Shown: piece by piece, positions 10,453 through 22,700 of the stretch
Layout: each line of letters begins with the position of its first letter
Position numbering within the stretch: position 1 is the stretch's first letter
DNA from: a bacterium
GTDB lineage: Bacteria; Electryoneota; Electryoneia; Electryoneales; Electryoneaceae
DNA: 64,000 bases
Assembly: GCA_963675295.2 (NCBI GenBank)
Contig: CAXXKJ010000002.1
Coordinates: 3,328,001-3,392,000, forward strand
Reading direction: 5' to 3'
Notes under the pieces: generated by a model
The model's database searches: none
What the model was told of the DNA's origin: nothing
Seen by the model: the letters and a program-made list of their open reading frames with translations, nothing else
Position numbers and translations under genes: made by a program

Positions 10453-10748
10453 TGAATCACCAACCCCAACAGAAAGTCAACCAGTTCTTCGAATCTGCAG
10501 ACCCTTCCATCCATACCATGCGTCTGCAGCGTGCAATTATGGACCAGCTGGATCTGATGCAGACTCTGTCCCCCGAGCAACTCGACCGCCTCAATGTCTC
10601 CTGTGAACGCTTCACCATCTGGCTCGAGTACTTGCTTGCGGAAGTTGAAGATCAGGGCACCCCTTCAGAAGAACAGCTAGCGCAACTGATCAACCAGCTG
10701 AAGGCATACGTGCAAGCACAGAAGCTCCTTTCCAACAGACCAGATTGA
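10452..10748 (+). CDS. Small helical hypothetical protein
   Basis: Abuts the hsdS stop (TGATG) with GGAG upstream. Confidence 0.55.
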   Translation: MNHQPQQKVNQFFESADPSIHTMRLQRAIMDQLDLMQTLSPEQLDRLNVSCERFTIWLEYLLAEVEDQGTPSEEQLAQLINQLKAYVQAQKLLSNRPD

Positions 10749-10829
10749 TATATTCCGCGTGTACAGCTCCTGCTCGTTCCTTGCATAAAACCGAAGTCTG
10801 AGCCATTTCACCTGGAACCTGAGACGGCC

Positions 10830-11774
10830 GTGGGAAAACGTCAGCACTACATCCCCCAAAGCTACCTGGATCTCTTCACTGACCCGCGCACGCCCGAAGG
10901 TCATGATCCGCATCTTTGGGTATTCACCCGCAAGCAGAACGAGATCAAAAAGCGCGCCCCCAAGAACACAGCTCAGAGTTCGCACCGTTACACCTTCGAA
11001 GAGAAAGACGGTACGAAGAATGAATCCTTGGAAGCGGGATTCTCTCAGCTTGAATCGATCGTTGCACCCATTCTGAAGCGAATATCTTCCACAGCCAAAA
11101 TCACGGAGAAGGATAAACCTGACATTGCTGGCTATATGGGTATGCTGTCTGCCAGATCGCCAGAGAATGAAGGGCGCGTGGTTGATGTACTAGAGAGAAT
11201 TCACAGGACACAAATGGCCATTCTTGCAGTCAATGATCCCAAAATGCGGGAAATACTTGAGAATTCAGGACTGGACAAAACACCTGAAGAAGTGGCCCGG
11301 GAAATCACAGAAGGAGGTTTGTTTAATGTAGAAATCCCTCGTGCCATGGCGCTGGGACCCATGATGCAAGCGAATGCAGATGTATTTACGAGTTCATTAC
11401 CACAGATGCACTGGAAGGTCCTGCGCAGTGAAATACCTGCTGGCATTTTAACATCCGATTACCCAGTCTGCATGTTCAGTCCCATAGCAGCTGATTCGGG
11501 ATGGCCACCAGGCTTAGCATACAAGGATATTGAAGTCACCTTCCCACTATCGCGAGATCTGATCCTGCTCATATCCAGAGAAGAAGTGGAGCCCGATGCG
11601 GAGTTGAATCCAGGGAAAACTCTGCTTTACAACTGGAGATCGTTCTTCTACGCGTCAGAGTTCTACGCTGCAAGCGAGGAAATCATCGTCGCATCATACA
11701 ATCTGCTTGTGGATGAAGTGCAGCGTGATCAACCCAGTGAGGTAGGCTCAAGGTACTTGAGAATTGACCGCTAA
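10830..11774 (+). CDS. DUF4238 domain protein (candidate anti-phage)
   Basis: N-terminal RQHYIPQSYL..F, E..FS.LE, LTSDYPV and FPLS..L.L motifs. Confidence 0.8.
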   Translation: MGKRQHYIPQSYLDLFTDPRTPEGHDPHLWVFTRKQNEIKKRAPKNTAQSSHRYTFEEKDGTKNESLEAGFSQLESIVAPILKRISSTAKITEKDKPDIAGYMGMLSARSPENEGRVVDVLERIHRTQMAILAVNDPKMREILENSGLDKTPEEVAREITEGGLFNVEIPRAMALGPMMQANADVFTSSLPQMHWKVLRSEIPAGILTSDYPVCMFSPIAADSGWPPGLAYKDIEVTFPLSRDLILLISREEVEPDAELNPGKTLLYNWRSFFYASEFYAASEEIIVASYNLLVDEVQRDQPSEVGSRYLRIDR

Positions 11775-12049
11775 TCGTTGCCACGAATCCAAGGCGTTCA
11801 TTTCTGCTTACCGTGTAACTCAATAGCCACGTGCGCCATGTAAAGCCTGATGCGGGTTCTGTCACCTGACTATCTTGCCGGGCTAAAATCTGCAATGAGT
11901 GTCTTAGGGCTGCTAGAGATGAGGGATTCTTCAAATATTGATCACTACATTCTGCACACACAAAACCAGTACGTCCGGATATAAGAATACAGACTTGGTC
12001 TGGTTTTTGCAACGTCCTTGAAACAACGCGCTTAACCACTGGTGCTCGC

Positions 12050-12517
12050 ATGAACAAGTACTTCAGCTACCTTCTGGGAAAAGAGGTGAGCGTACAGTAC
12101 GCTCATGGCAAGTTTTCTCTTTCAGTATTGGGCGACACTTCTGATTATCCTCGTGGCTTACCCGTAGCAAGGGTAAAACGGGTATCCGCTAGATACATTA
12201 TTTTGTGCTTCAGTGAACCGACGATAATTGATTCTATCACATTTAGAAAAGATGTTTATGTCAATAATTCCGCAATATCTTTAATATCCTTGGATGAATA
12301 TGTTGAATACACCGACATTGATTCTCTTGATGATGAAGTCTATAGAGATGAGGAATTTATAGAAGACCTAGAAGAAGATGAAAATTACAGCTATGATGAT
12401 GCAGATCGTTGGACAGTAGAGGACTGGGCCGATTTTTACGGGTATGATGGTCCACTTTATGACTCTTCTGGCAGACCTTTGGACCAAAGTGATATAGCAG
12501 AAGCTACAGGTAATTAG
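12050..12517 (+). CDS. Hypothetical protein with acidic C-terminus
   Basis: 155-aa ORF, AT-rich, no recognised family. Confidence 0.5.
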   Translation: MNKYFSYLLGKEVSVQYAHGKFSLSVLGDTSDYPRGLPVARVKRVSARYIILCFSEPTIIDSITFRKDVYVNNSAISLISLDEYVEYTDIDSLDDEVYRDEEFIEDLEEDENYSYDDADRWTVEDWADFYGYDGPLYDSSGRPLDQSDIAEATGN

Positions 12518-12538
12518 TAACTGTAGCAAATTGTGCAA

Positions 12539-13144
12539 TTAGTTTCCTGCTGAAGCTAGAAGATAAATGAAGACCGTGATTATCAGCACTAAATTGAAAA
12601 TTGAAATTGTCATTGTTGCAACATTCTTTTTTCCGACGCTTTCCAATCCCTCCGTCATTTTCTTCTCCTGGCCTGAAAGCTTTTCCTCCATATAGTTGCG
12701 AAACTTCGTCAGTTTAGACTCCACTCCTTCGTCGAATTCGTTCTGCTGTTTTTCGAGTTGCTCATCCATGTGAGTGCGGATTTTTGACAGTCGATCTTCA
12801 ACATCATCCACGACCTCTCTCTTCACCTTCTGTGTAGCCTGAGAGAGGTTGTCAAGTTTCGAATTTGTGCTGCTGCCTATCTGATCAAGATCGGTCAAGC
12901 GTCTCTCAAGATCGACTTCCTTCAGTCGCTTTATGATCTCATCGCTAGCCTTCGTGAAATCACCGGCACGTTGCAAGATTGTCTCAGAACTGCCGATGAC
13001 TTTCTCGATCATTTCTTGGGACGTACTTAGCTGAGACTGAGATTCAGACAACAACTGCGTTGCCTGCTTCATCCTTCTCAATTCCTCGACCATCGTCTCA
13101 AGGGCTTGCTCGGCTTCTAGAACTCGATCCGCTTCGATGTTCAT
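12539..13144 (-). CDS. Coiled-coil protein with C-terminal transmembrane anchor
   Basis: Heptad-rich helical sequence; hydrophobic tail TISIFNLVLIITVFIYLLA; starts 1 bp after the helicase stop. Confidence 0.75.
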   Translation of the reverse strand: MNIEADRVLEAEQALETMVEELRRMKQATQLLSESQSQLSTSQEMIEKVIGSSETILQRAGDFTKASDEIIKRLKEVDLERRLTDLDQIGSSTNSKLDNLSQATQKVKREVVDDVEDRLSKIRTHMDEQLEKQQNEFDEGVESKLTKFRNYMEEKLSGQEKKMTEGLESVGKKNVATMTISIFNLVLIITVFIYLLASAGN

Positions 13145-14780
13145 GTTAGTCTATCTCCCCTGGAATCAGTGGTCGAATCCTCTTTAGTGCATCTGCGATG
13201 AGCAAGGCAAGCATTGCTCTATGCACCTTCTGTGAAGCTGGCCACTGGTGTCTCTCGTCCCTGTATCGTTTCACAAGTTGTGCTGAACCGACAGCTCGAA
13301 GCGCTGCTTCTAATAGCTGTTCCTCCAAATGCTGTCGGTAAAGCACTGTTTCTCGCAGAACAAAAAATACGATGTCTTCTACGTCCAAAAGATCTTGAGA
13401 ATGTTGCAATTGTTGGAAAAGCAACCTGGCTTCTTGAATGACAGAACTATCATCTTCCGCTGGATTTCTCAACCGCGCGCAAACGGATATATAGCGCAGT
13501 GCAATATTCGAAGGATCCTCATCCAGCATGCGACGAGAAGTACCTACCAGCCGTTTCGCTTCATCAAGAGTCGTCACACGAGCAAGAAGCTCGGTTACAC
13601 TCTCCATCCCGATTTGGTGGAATGGTTTGTTGATCCAGGTTTTCAACGTTTCAGAAAATTCAGATTCCTGCAAATATGCCAGAATTGCTTCACGGAACTG
13701 TTGATCAGACTTGAAACCCCGACACAAACTGGCCATCGTGTTCAAAGCCTGTTTGCGTTTCGCCGCAATCTCGTCATAGACAAAATCTACCATTTGCCCA
13801 ATCGCGTACCACGCTGCAGATTCTGCATTTTCGAGCGGAACATTCGCTGTACCCTCGTCAGCATATTCTTTGAATTTGTAATTACTCAAAAAGCGATGAA
13901 GTCCATCTTTAATTTGGTCTGGCTTAACGTGACGAACTCTAGCAAGAAAACGCCTACTATGCCAGTTAATTGAATAATCCTCAACCAATCCCAAGGCGAC
14001 AAGTCGAAATAGAGCTTTTTCCTGTTGTCCTCTATTTCTTCCAAATGTAATTTCTACTTCATTTAATGTTGTTGCGGCATCTACCATTCCTTGAACTTCT
14101 GGCCATATTTTGTTTTTCCATAGGTTAAAAGCATCCTCTTTTTCTTGTTCGCGATCTGAATATGTATTTAGAAGAAACCACATTTGATCAATCAAATTGC
14201 CTCTACTCCCCCATTTTATAGCATTTAGCCTTTTCATAGCCTTAGCATGATCATACTCCGCAATAATCTCTTGAGCCTCATCCCAATTATCGTCATTATA
14301 AATGATAAAACATTTAGCAGATTGTGGCTCATTATTCCTTCCAGCACGACCTGCCTCTTGATAATAAGCCTCTACCGATGATGGTAGCCCATAGTGAATA
14401 GTATATCTCACATTATCTTTATCGATACCCATACCAAAAGATTTAGTTGCAACAAGTTCCTGAATATTATTATTTTTAAAGTCATCCTGAATTCTATTCT
14501 TGTATTGTATCCACTCAGAGTTACTTTTATCATTCCATTGTTTTGGTTTGGAACCCCCGTAAAAATTGCCATGCCCCATCATGTCTGATACATGAAGCAC
14601 ACCTTTTTTGCCACCGACATGTGGGCAAAAAATGATGCCACAGTTAGTATTCGATCCATTAGCTGAGAAGAAAGTTTGGGGATTACGGCGGAATTTTGCA
14701 GGAAGGCTTTCTCGTAGATGACGAAGGTCAACCTCTGCATTTGCGCTGTCTGTTTTTATTACATCGAAAATGAGCTCTTT

Positions 14781-15912
14781 TGCAAATTCCAAGATCAAAT
14801 GCACCGATCAGGTTTTGTGATTGAAGAGGACCTCTTTTGGTGTTCTGTATCCGAGTGATTTTCTGGGTCTGTTGTTGAGTTGCTGTTCGACCGAATGGAC
14901 GTCCAGATCGTGAAGTGACCGGAAGTCCAGCCCCTTCGGAAACCACTGCCGTACCATCCGGTTCATGTTCTCGTTGCGTGCCCGCTCCCACGAGCTGTAC
15001 GGATGCGCGAAATAGACCGTCACACCCAGCCGTTCAGCCAGCCATTCATGCCGCGCGAACTCACCGCCGTTATCCGCTGTCAGCGTGTGCAGGGGAAGCT
15101 TTCGCTGCTTCCAGTGGCGTTGAAACGCGGCGACGGAACGCGTGCTGAAGGTCTCGGCACGAAGGTCGGGCAGCAGCGCCAGCACGGTGTATTTGCTGCG
15201 TCGCTCGACGTGGCTGGCAATCGCTCCCTTGTGCCCCTTGCCGTGGATCGTGTCCGACTCCCAGTCGCCCGCACGGCCCAGTTTGTCAACGATCTCCGGA
15301 CGTTCTTCGATGCCCGTCCGGTTGCGGATCATGCCACGGAAGTCCTTGCGTGACCCACGTTTGCGATAGCCGCGACGCCCGTGATTCAGGCACAGGTGAA
15401 GCGTGCCGCCGTTGTCCTGGTCACGGCGGATCCAGCTGTAGATCGTCTGCGTGCTCACCTGCATCGACGGGTCGTCACGAAACTCCCGCCGCAGACGACC
15501 GGCCAACACATCCGGCGACCAGTACTCGCCGCGCAGATGCACTTCCAGGTACGCTCTCAGCGCCTCGTTTTCACTGATCCTGCTGTGTCCGGCACGGATC
15601 GCCGACCGTCGCTCAAACGCCTGCTGATGGGCGCTGGCGGGCAGGTAGTCGCCTGCTGAATCCCGGTTCCGCTGCAGCTCACGACTGATCGTCGTCCGGT
15701 GACGTCCAAGCTGTCTCGCGATCTCCGGGACACTCTCTCCCCGATGATGCTGACAGGCTATCATCTCACGCTCACGGAGCGTAAGTTGACCTTGTGGCAT
15801 TGCTGTTCCTCGTTCCGTTTTTGTGTTCTCTCAAACCCAAAATACAGAACAAGACGGCAGTGCCACTTCTCTTCAAAACCCGAGCCCTGTGCGATTGATT
15901 TTAGAATTTTGG
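14781..15912 (-). mobile_element. IS30-family insertion sequence (1132 bp)
   Basis: Imperfect 24-bp terminal IRs (tgcaaattccaagatcaaatgcac / ccaaaattctaaaatcaatcgcac, 17/24 matching); TTT target duplication at 14778-14780 and 15913-15915; GC visibly higher than flanks. Confidence 0.92.
14808..15800 (-). CDS. IS30-family transposase
   Basis: HTH IARQLGRHRTTISRELQRN; GDWESDT, TADNGGEF, ERARNENMN, LNNRPRKSLGYRTP. Confidence 0.95.
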   Translation of the reverse strand: MPQGQLTLREREMIACQHHRGESVPEIARQLGRHRTTISRELQRNRDSAGDYLPASAHQQAFERRSAIRAGHSRISENEALRAYLEVHLRGEYWSPDVLAGRLRREFRDDPSMQVSTQTIYSWIRRDQDNGGTLHLCLNHGRRGYRKRGSRKDFRGMIRNRTGIEERPEIVDKLGRAGDWESDTIHGKGHKGAIASHVERRSKYTVLALLPDLRAETFSTRSVAAFQRHWKQRKLPLHTLTADNGGEFARHEWLAERLGVTVYFAHPYSSWERARNENMNRMVRQWFPKGLDFRSLHDLDVHSVEQQLNNRPRKSLGYRTPKEVLFNHKT

Positions 15913-18104
15913 TTTGCGATCAAATGATTTCGGCAAAACAATCGATTCTTCTTCCCGTACTTCCATCTCAACTTGAACATCCGTCAATACGGCGAACGAG
16001 GCTGTCCCGGTGAGTCCAACAAGTGTGGGTGTATGGGAATCCCAAGAACAGTAGGTCCTTAGATTTCTGCACAAATGTAGGTAGGATGGCCTAAAATCAT
16101 GCCCCCATTCTGAGACACAATGAACTTCGTCAATGACAGCAAGCGAAATTACGACTCGTTTCGCCGCAGCTCGGACAATATTTCTGAAATCGTCCATTTG
16201 CATTCGTTCAGGCGCGATAAACATAAAATATCGCCTGTAGTTCTGCATTTCATTTGATTGCTCTTCTTTTTCATCCGCTTCCAGCAAACTGGAGACATGC
16301 CCAATTAAATCGATTGAAGCCCTGTGGAGATTATCGATCTGGTCCTTCATCAAGGCGAGCAGAGGGTCGATTACTAAAGCCATTCCTGGCAACAGTAATG
16401 CACTCAGCTGATATGTAAGCGACTTTCCCCCGCCTGTCGGCAACAGCACAATAGAGGGCAGTCCACTCAGAAGGCGTGAGACAACCCGCGCTTGGCCATC
16501 CCAAAAATCCTTTTTCCGGAATAATGCACGTAGGAAATAGCGAAGCGAGTCAAGTTGGCGGCTTTGGATTTCAGTTGGTGCCGGTTCCTCATCGTTACGA
16601 AGTGACTCATCCAGTCCAGCGAGGTCATAGGACGTAGGCCATGCATGAAGGAGTTGTCGATTGTCCCGACGTGAATAGGCGTCACGAATCTCGATCCATG
16701 GACCTTTGACCTGCCTCATCAACTCCAGCTGAGACTTTCCTCGCACTGACGTCAAAGCCTTGCTTCCTGAAAGGATAAAATCATATTGGCTTTCGACTTC
16801 TTGCACCACCTTTAGCGTTATTCCTTCGCCCAGCTTTTGTACAGGTTGTCCTTCACGCATAACCTGAATTTCGAAACGAGGAGGAGTTGGATACTTGGAG
16901 TTCAGCCGAAACAGATGAACCCACATACGTTGGAATACGATTAGAGCATCAACAAGGATTGGTTCATCGTCTTCCAAAACTAATAATCTGAGCTGTTCTG
17001 AATATGGAATTTGCTCGAAGCGAAGTGCGAGAATCAAACCTAGAAGCGATCGATGAATCAGGTGAGGTCGAATTATAGCATTCCAAGCAGTCTGATACTT
17101 AGGTGAGGAAAAAAGCTCTTGGGTTGGTAAATCCCGTAATAGGAAATCCTGGTCATCTTGTCCTAACTTGGCTTCCCATTCGTCAGCAAACCATTCACCG
17201 ATGTTCTCTCGAACTGTTTCTGCTTCAATTCGCAGCACCTGCCAGCCCGCTGCCCCAAGTGCGTTATCGCGTCGGTTATCTATTTCAATCTGATCTTGCT
17301 CGGCATGTTGACTACCATCAATCTCTATCACCCAGGACGAATGCGGCAGTATAAGTGCAAAATCAACCCGTTGCCCGATAAGGTCATCCTGCTCTTTACC
17401 AGTCAGATCTTCCAGTTTTATCTGCCGTTTCAGTAGTGAACTGGTGACTTGACCATAACGCTCAATGAATGCTGTGTAAAAAGCATCTTCTTCTTCGCTA
17501 ACGGTGTGATCAGTACTTGAAAGGTTCTCGTTGAGTATGACTGACTCAACGTTGAATGATAACAGCAGAATTTCTGTAGCGGCAGAAAGGAGTTCTCTTC
17601 CCTCAATATCTGATTTGATAAACTTATGTCCTACTATACGGTCGTTGGATGAAACGGAGAGTTCCTCAGTCTGAATTCCAGGACAATTGCCAAGCAATGC
17701 GCTTTCGAGAATGTGATCAACCCAGGTAGGAAGTCCTCGACTGACAAGCTTTGCCATCACGGCTGTGAGGGTCAGAATGGATTCGTCAACGCTTTCGACT
17801 AGTTCTTGATCAGGAGAACCGATGCTTGCGCAACCATGGTTTTTCAGGATTTGTTCAATCTGAGAGAGTAGTGCCTCCCGCCCATGATCTAGCGTATCCC
17901 AGATCGAAAGACGTCCGGCGGCTGAATACGTGATGGTCCGACCGTCGCTCATGTTTCCTTAGTTGTTGCCAAGCTATATCGTAAACTACAAAGGTAACCC
18001 GATGTTCATGTTCAGGTCAAGCATTTGGGAATTTCGTGTAACGCAAACTGCTATGCAAAATACTGATTGCTATAATATAATTATGCTGATATACAGATGG
18101 CAGT

Positions 18105-19727
18105 TTAACCAACATCAGCTAAACCATAATCCTCAGAGTTGTCATTTTCATCTTGATTACCGAAGTGAGGCATGTCTGGTATCTGATCTACTGCAGTAAT
18201 CTCCCCTATGTCTAAAGATCGGTAACTTAACCCGTATGCTACAGCCAATCTTTCATATGCAACGGGATCACCATCCGGAGTTTCCGTTACCGGCAAAGGT
18301 AACTCTTTAATACCATACGGATTACGTATATACTGCTTCTTGAACCAAAAGGATAACTCTCTAATTGATTCCCTATAGATCTTGTTTTGTCTACCACCGC
18401 CGATGAGTAATACTGGAAGAGAATTTACAGACCATTCATCTTCATTAGGTGCACGAAACCTTCTAGTGGCATATAATATTGCTTTATACATTATCGCGCA
18501 TTTTTTAACAAGTTTTTTATCAATACTCTCTAGTATTTCCAAAATGCTATGTGGAAATTGTTCTATCGCTACCTCTAATGGTAGTGGGTCGAAAGGATTA
18601 TATTCCCTATTTAGAGAACGCGCGGCTTCAGAGTCGTGCTTTTCAATTGCCTTCACTCTTTGTTTATTAAGTTCAGCAACTCCAAGTCTTTTAACGTCAG
18701 CCACTAGCAAACCATATTCATCGCTATTACCTTTTCTCCGATCATTTAAGATAAATGCACATGCATCTACAGTCGCTGCTCCATAATCAATCATGAAATG
18801 AAGTCCACTAGTCCTCAAATCTGACCTTGCATAACTCACAGCTCCGGCAGCAATCTCGGGAATTATCTCAAAATCACACGGCTCAGTTTCCGTGGATTCT
18901 GACACGCTATTTGTGCTTGCAGCGCCTCTTGCGAGTTCTTTTTGGGCATCCATTATTGTGATGCTATCAGTCTTAAATGACAGCCTCCAGGCGGCAATTC
19001 CAATAAGTCGAAAACGTCTACTTAGGTCGTTCTCACCAGTACAGGGTGAGGGAACCCCTAAATTGTAAGCCCAGAAGATCGACTCGTATGAAACAATTAG
19101 GTTTTGATGCTTCTCCAGGAACCATTGCCTAGTGTGTAGCAGCACAAGAGCTAAGTAGGCAGTTGCAATTGCGTCAGGAGGGTAGATTGGATCTAAGTTT
19201 TGCGCATTGAAGCCTAGGAGCCTGGTCTTGATTTCCAAGACATGAGTACTTCTCGAGATCTCAGAAAGGTCACAATTGCCGTCCTCGTCAACCCACAACG
19301 CCGTAGGTAGAAGCTGAGGCATTGATTGGTGCCCAAGCGATTCGAAGTTAACAGGATATGCCGGAGAGCCAGGCAAGTCTGGTGCACGTACTACAACTTT
19401 CGTGGCTGATGTTCCAAAGTCCAGACCAATTACTAGGTCTACCTCACCGCTAGCCGCCTCTGCGCCATACTGAAAATCTTGTTCAACAAGTTCATCTACC
19501 TCACCGCTAGCCGCCTCGGCACCATGCTGAAGACCTTTTTCAACAAGTTCATCTACCTCACCGCTAGCCGCCTCGGCACCATGCTGAAGACCTTTTTCAA
19601 CAAGTTCGTCTACCTCACTGTTAGCCTCCTCTGCGCCAGGCTGAAGATCTTGCTCAAAGAGTTCTTCTACCTCTATTCGTTGCTTCTTTTTACCGAACAG
19701 AGACGATAGCCAATCCGATATCTTCAC
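18105..19727 (-). CDS. Actin/Hsp70-fold ATPase with N-terminal acidic tandem repeats
   Basis: IGLDFGTSATKV, IPEIAAG, IDYGAATVD, LLIGGG, RLAVAYGL; overlaps the SNF2 gene end. Confidence 0.75.
   Translation of the reverse strand: MKISDWLSSLFGKKKQRIEVEELFEQDLQPGAEEANSEVDELVEKGLQHGAEAASGEVDELVEKGLQHGAEAASGEVDELVEQDFQYGAEAASGEVDLVIGLDFGTSATKVVVRAPDLPGSPAYPVNFESLGHQSMPQLLPTALWVDEDGNCDLSEISRSTHVLEIKTRLLGFNAQNLDPIYPPDAIATAYLALVLLHTRQWFLEKHQNLIVSYESIFWAYNLGVPSPCTGENDLSRRFRLIGIAAWRLSFKTDSITIMDAQKELARGAASTNSVSESTETEPCDFEIIPEIAAGAVSYARSDLRTSGLHFMIDYGAATVDACAFILNDRRKGNSDEYGLLVADVKRLGVAELNKQRVKAIEKHDSEAARSLNREYNPFDPLPLEVAIEQFPHSILEILESIDKKLVKKCAIMYKAILYATRRFRAPNEDEWSVNSLPVLLIGGGRQNKIYRESIRELSFWFKKQYIRNPYGIKELPLPVTETPDGDPVAYERLAVAYGLSYRSLDIGEITAVDQIPDMPHFGNQDENDNSEDYGLADVG
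19438..19673. repeat. 57-bp tandem repeat, about 4 copies (EVDELVEKGLQHGAEAASG)
   Basis: Units start with tctacctc at 19438, 19495, 19552, 19609 and 19666; the middle two are nearly identical. Confidence 0.92.
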
Positions 19728-22700
19728 TGTTTGACCTCATGTTTTTATGTTCATTGATTCGCATTCTCTGCTGTTCGACTCTGTTTTCCAGAGCTCGTAC
19801 CCTTCCTCGTGTCGCCTCAGCAAGTGCTAAGCGACCTTTGGCCTCATGGTTTTCCAGAATATCTTGGAGTTTTGTTACTTGATTTTCGAGATGTCTATCC
19901 AACATTTGTATTTGCAAGTCAGCTCGATCTTCATTCCTTTCTTTCAATCTAGCTTCAAATTCTTCATAATCATCCCACAGCTTTGCAAATAGAATATCAG
20001 ATGCCACTTGCTCAGCATGCCTGAAATTAATCTCGCTACTGACTTCCAGCCAATCTTTCCCTTCAGACACAATCATCGAAGCTAGAATTTCTGCGGCGTC
20101 GTCTTGTAGAACTTTATCTGGATAACGGAGGGAACAAGCTTTATAGGCTAACTTATCAACATTTTGTAGGGCGGAAAACGACCATTTTGCGATTGCTACC
20201 ATATAGACACCCGGTTCCACGATTTGCTTAACTTTCTCTTTTGAAAGAATCGCTGATATCGCCGGTGTTAGTTGTTCACCACCTTCTGACATCTCATCAT
20301 TAACCATTTTTACTAGTGGATGAAATTGAGATATCGTTTCTATCGCCCCTGTCAAATCATGAGTCACTCGATTATCAAATATATATTTATATGACTTACT
20401 TAAAGTACTTGTTAAACGCGTAGAATAACTCGAGCGCACTCTTCGTATATATTCTGTGAGCGCATACCTAGCTTCTTTAGACAAAGTAATGTTGTATATA
20501 CGTTTCGCTTGATCGATCAATTGAAATACACTACCAGGATACTTCATACTTAGGTGATCCGACACATATCTTCGAATATCCTCACCAAGAATCCATCTAT
20601 GTAAACTCTTGGCTTGGTGAATGCGATCGAGAATGTAGTCACCGTAGGCAATTAGGCTAGCCGCCTCGTTTTCTAGCTGCTCCTCCTCCCTTCTTATGTT
20701 TTCCAATGCCATCGCTGTTTGTTCTATCCTTGCATTCTGAGCTTCAGGGGATAGTTCCCCGGATAGCAGATCAATGGTTAGTATGCGAATCTTTTCCCCA
20801 AGGATCGCCTCAAAATCTCCAAGCGCTACACGCACTAGATCCAGCTTGTCGTAGAGCCGCGTGTAGATCCTTGCATCTATTGTGTTGTCGTACATGATAT
20901 TCCAGATCTGTATGCTATCTGCTTTTTGACCCAACCGATCGATTCGCCCGATTCGCTGTTCTAGTCGCATTGGATTCCAGGGTAGATCATAATTAATCAG
21001 AACTCGGCAGAATTGGATGTCCACACCCTCACCGCCTACTTCTGATGTAAGGAGAGTTGTTGATCCGGGCGCACCACGAAATCTTCCAATCACTGATTGT
21101 TTAGTCTCAGACTGTCCCCCCATTAGAAGAATAGTCTTGAAACCCTCTTCATCGAGGCGATTCTTCAGGTAGGTAAGCGTGGATCGAAAAGAAGAGAATA
21201 GTACTACTTTCTCATCTGGGTGATTCCTAAAAAACTTTTCCAGAAGTTGAGTTAGACGCTGGTACTTAGAATCATTTTCCCTTAGGTTTTCAATATCTAT
21301 AGCTTTGGTCTGCCGGATGATTGTTTGAACTAAGGGACCAATTTCAGTCTTCATACTCACATCTGGATCAGCAAGAATCGCTTCCTCGAGTTGTTCTCCT
21401 GAATTGCGCCATGAAGTTAGGGCTGCAGCCATACAGCTTGTCATCTGACGCTGTGGTTGTGACAGCAAGAAACGTTCATTCGCTTCACTTCGCATTGCGT
21501 ATTCGGTTACAATACTAGTGACCATATCGTAAACTTTTCCTTCAGGATCTCGCGCCATAGGAACCAGTTCTAGGAACGGTTGCCGTACTACTCTCCATTC
21601 CTTTACGTCTCGCTTTCTTGTTCTTGTTATTACATGTGCAAGTAAATTGATGGTTTCTAGTCTATATGCTAAATTACTTCGGGTTATGTGATCTAAAGAA
21701 AGTCGATTTTCTTTGAGATCCGTTTTAATGCTTGACAATTGTCTATTGTTTGCTAGAAGTTCATTAGTCATAGCTTCTGAAACTAGAAGCTTAAGTCTTT
21801 GAAGGTCAGGGTTTTGACTTAGTAGCATGTCCTTTGCTCGAACAAGGGGCGAATTCGCTTCCAATATCTGACCAAACTCTTGCTTTCTTGAAAATGTATC
21901 CGGATCCAAAAGCTTCAACAACGAATACAGATCTTCATTGCGGTTATGTATCGGAGTAGCGGTGAGTAAGACGGTAAACTCGCACACTGGTTTGAGTAGC
22001 TGTCCCAGTTCATTTGTGCGTGTTTCGGGGTTTCGGAGATGATGCGCTTCGTCTATGACGAGCAAGTCTGCAAGCCTATCATCGTTTTCATGTTCACGTA
22101 AGAATCGTGCCAACTGACCTGCTGCGCTAAGATCTTCAGAGTCTTCCCAGTCTTTGGGTGGCCTTAGACCCTGGAGACTACAGATAATGGCAAAGCCTGC
22201 ATCTTGCTCATCCGAATCGCTTAGAATTCGAAGTGTTTCCCTGGTGTCACATATTGCTGCGCGAATCCCGATTTTGGACGATAATTCTGTTTGCCACTTT
22301 TCGCAAAGCGCCGAGGGGCAAACCACGATTAATCGTCGCATGTCAAAACGACTGCGCAACTCAGTCCAAATAAGACCCGCCTCAATTGTCTTGCCAAGGC
22401 CGACTTCATCAGCCACAAGGATGCCATTCGACGGGGATTCCAAGATCTTAAGGACCGGTTTGAACTGGTACGCGTAGAAATCTGTATTTGTGGCTTCCAT
22501 GCTATAGATCACATCTGCCAACTTACCTGTGATTTTTGCATGTGTTAGTGTTTTTCGTAGATCAATAGGCCTACCAAGTTTTTGTTTACTTAGCATTTCC
22601 AACGGATTCAAACGTTCACTTGTGACCAGTTCAAGTTGGTTCTCAGGTTTCCATTGACGACCATCCGGGAATTGAACCAAGTGCATCGTGCGCCCTGAGC

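Larger units (their letters stand above)
13146..17952 (-). pseudogene. DUF559/Vsr-like nuclease + RecQ-family helicase (1223 aa when reconstructed), interrupted by IS30
   Basis: N-part: VDFAL..IEIDGSQH..D.RRD..L...GWQVLRI, LPTGGGKSLTYQ, DEVHCVSEWGHDFRP. C-part: ATKSFGMGIDK, YYQEAGRAGR. Removing 14781-15912 plus one TTT restores in-frame SFDRK-ELIFDVIK. Confidence 0.9.

Noticed and set aside
14804-15912. Programmed frameshift, intron or intein joining the two RecQ ORFs
   Set aside because: Fully explained by an IS30 insertion with IRs and a target duplication.
19438-19673. CRISPR array
   Set aside because: Contiguous in-frame coding repeats without unique spacers; no cas genes.
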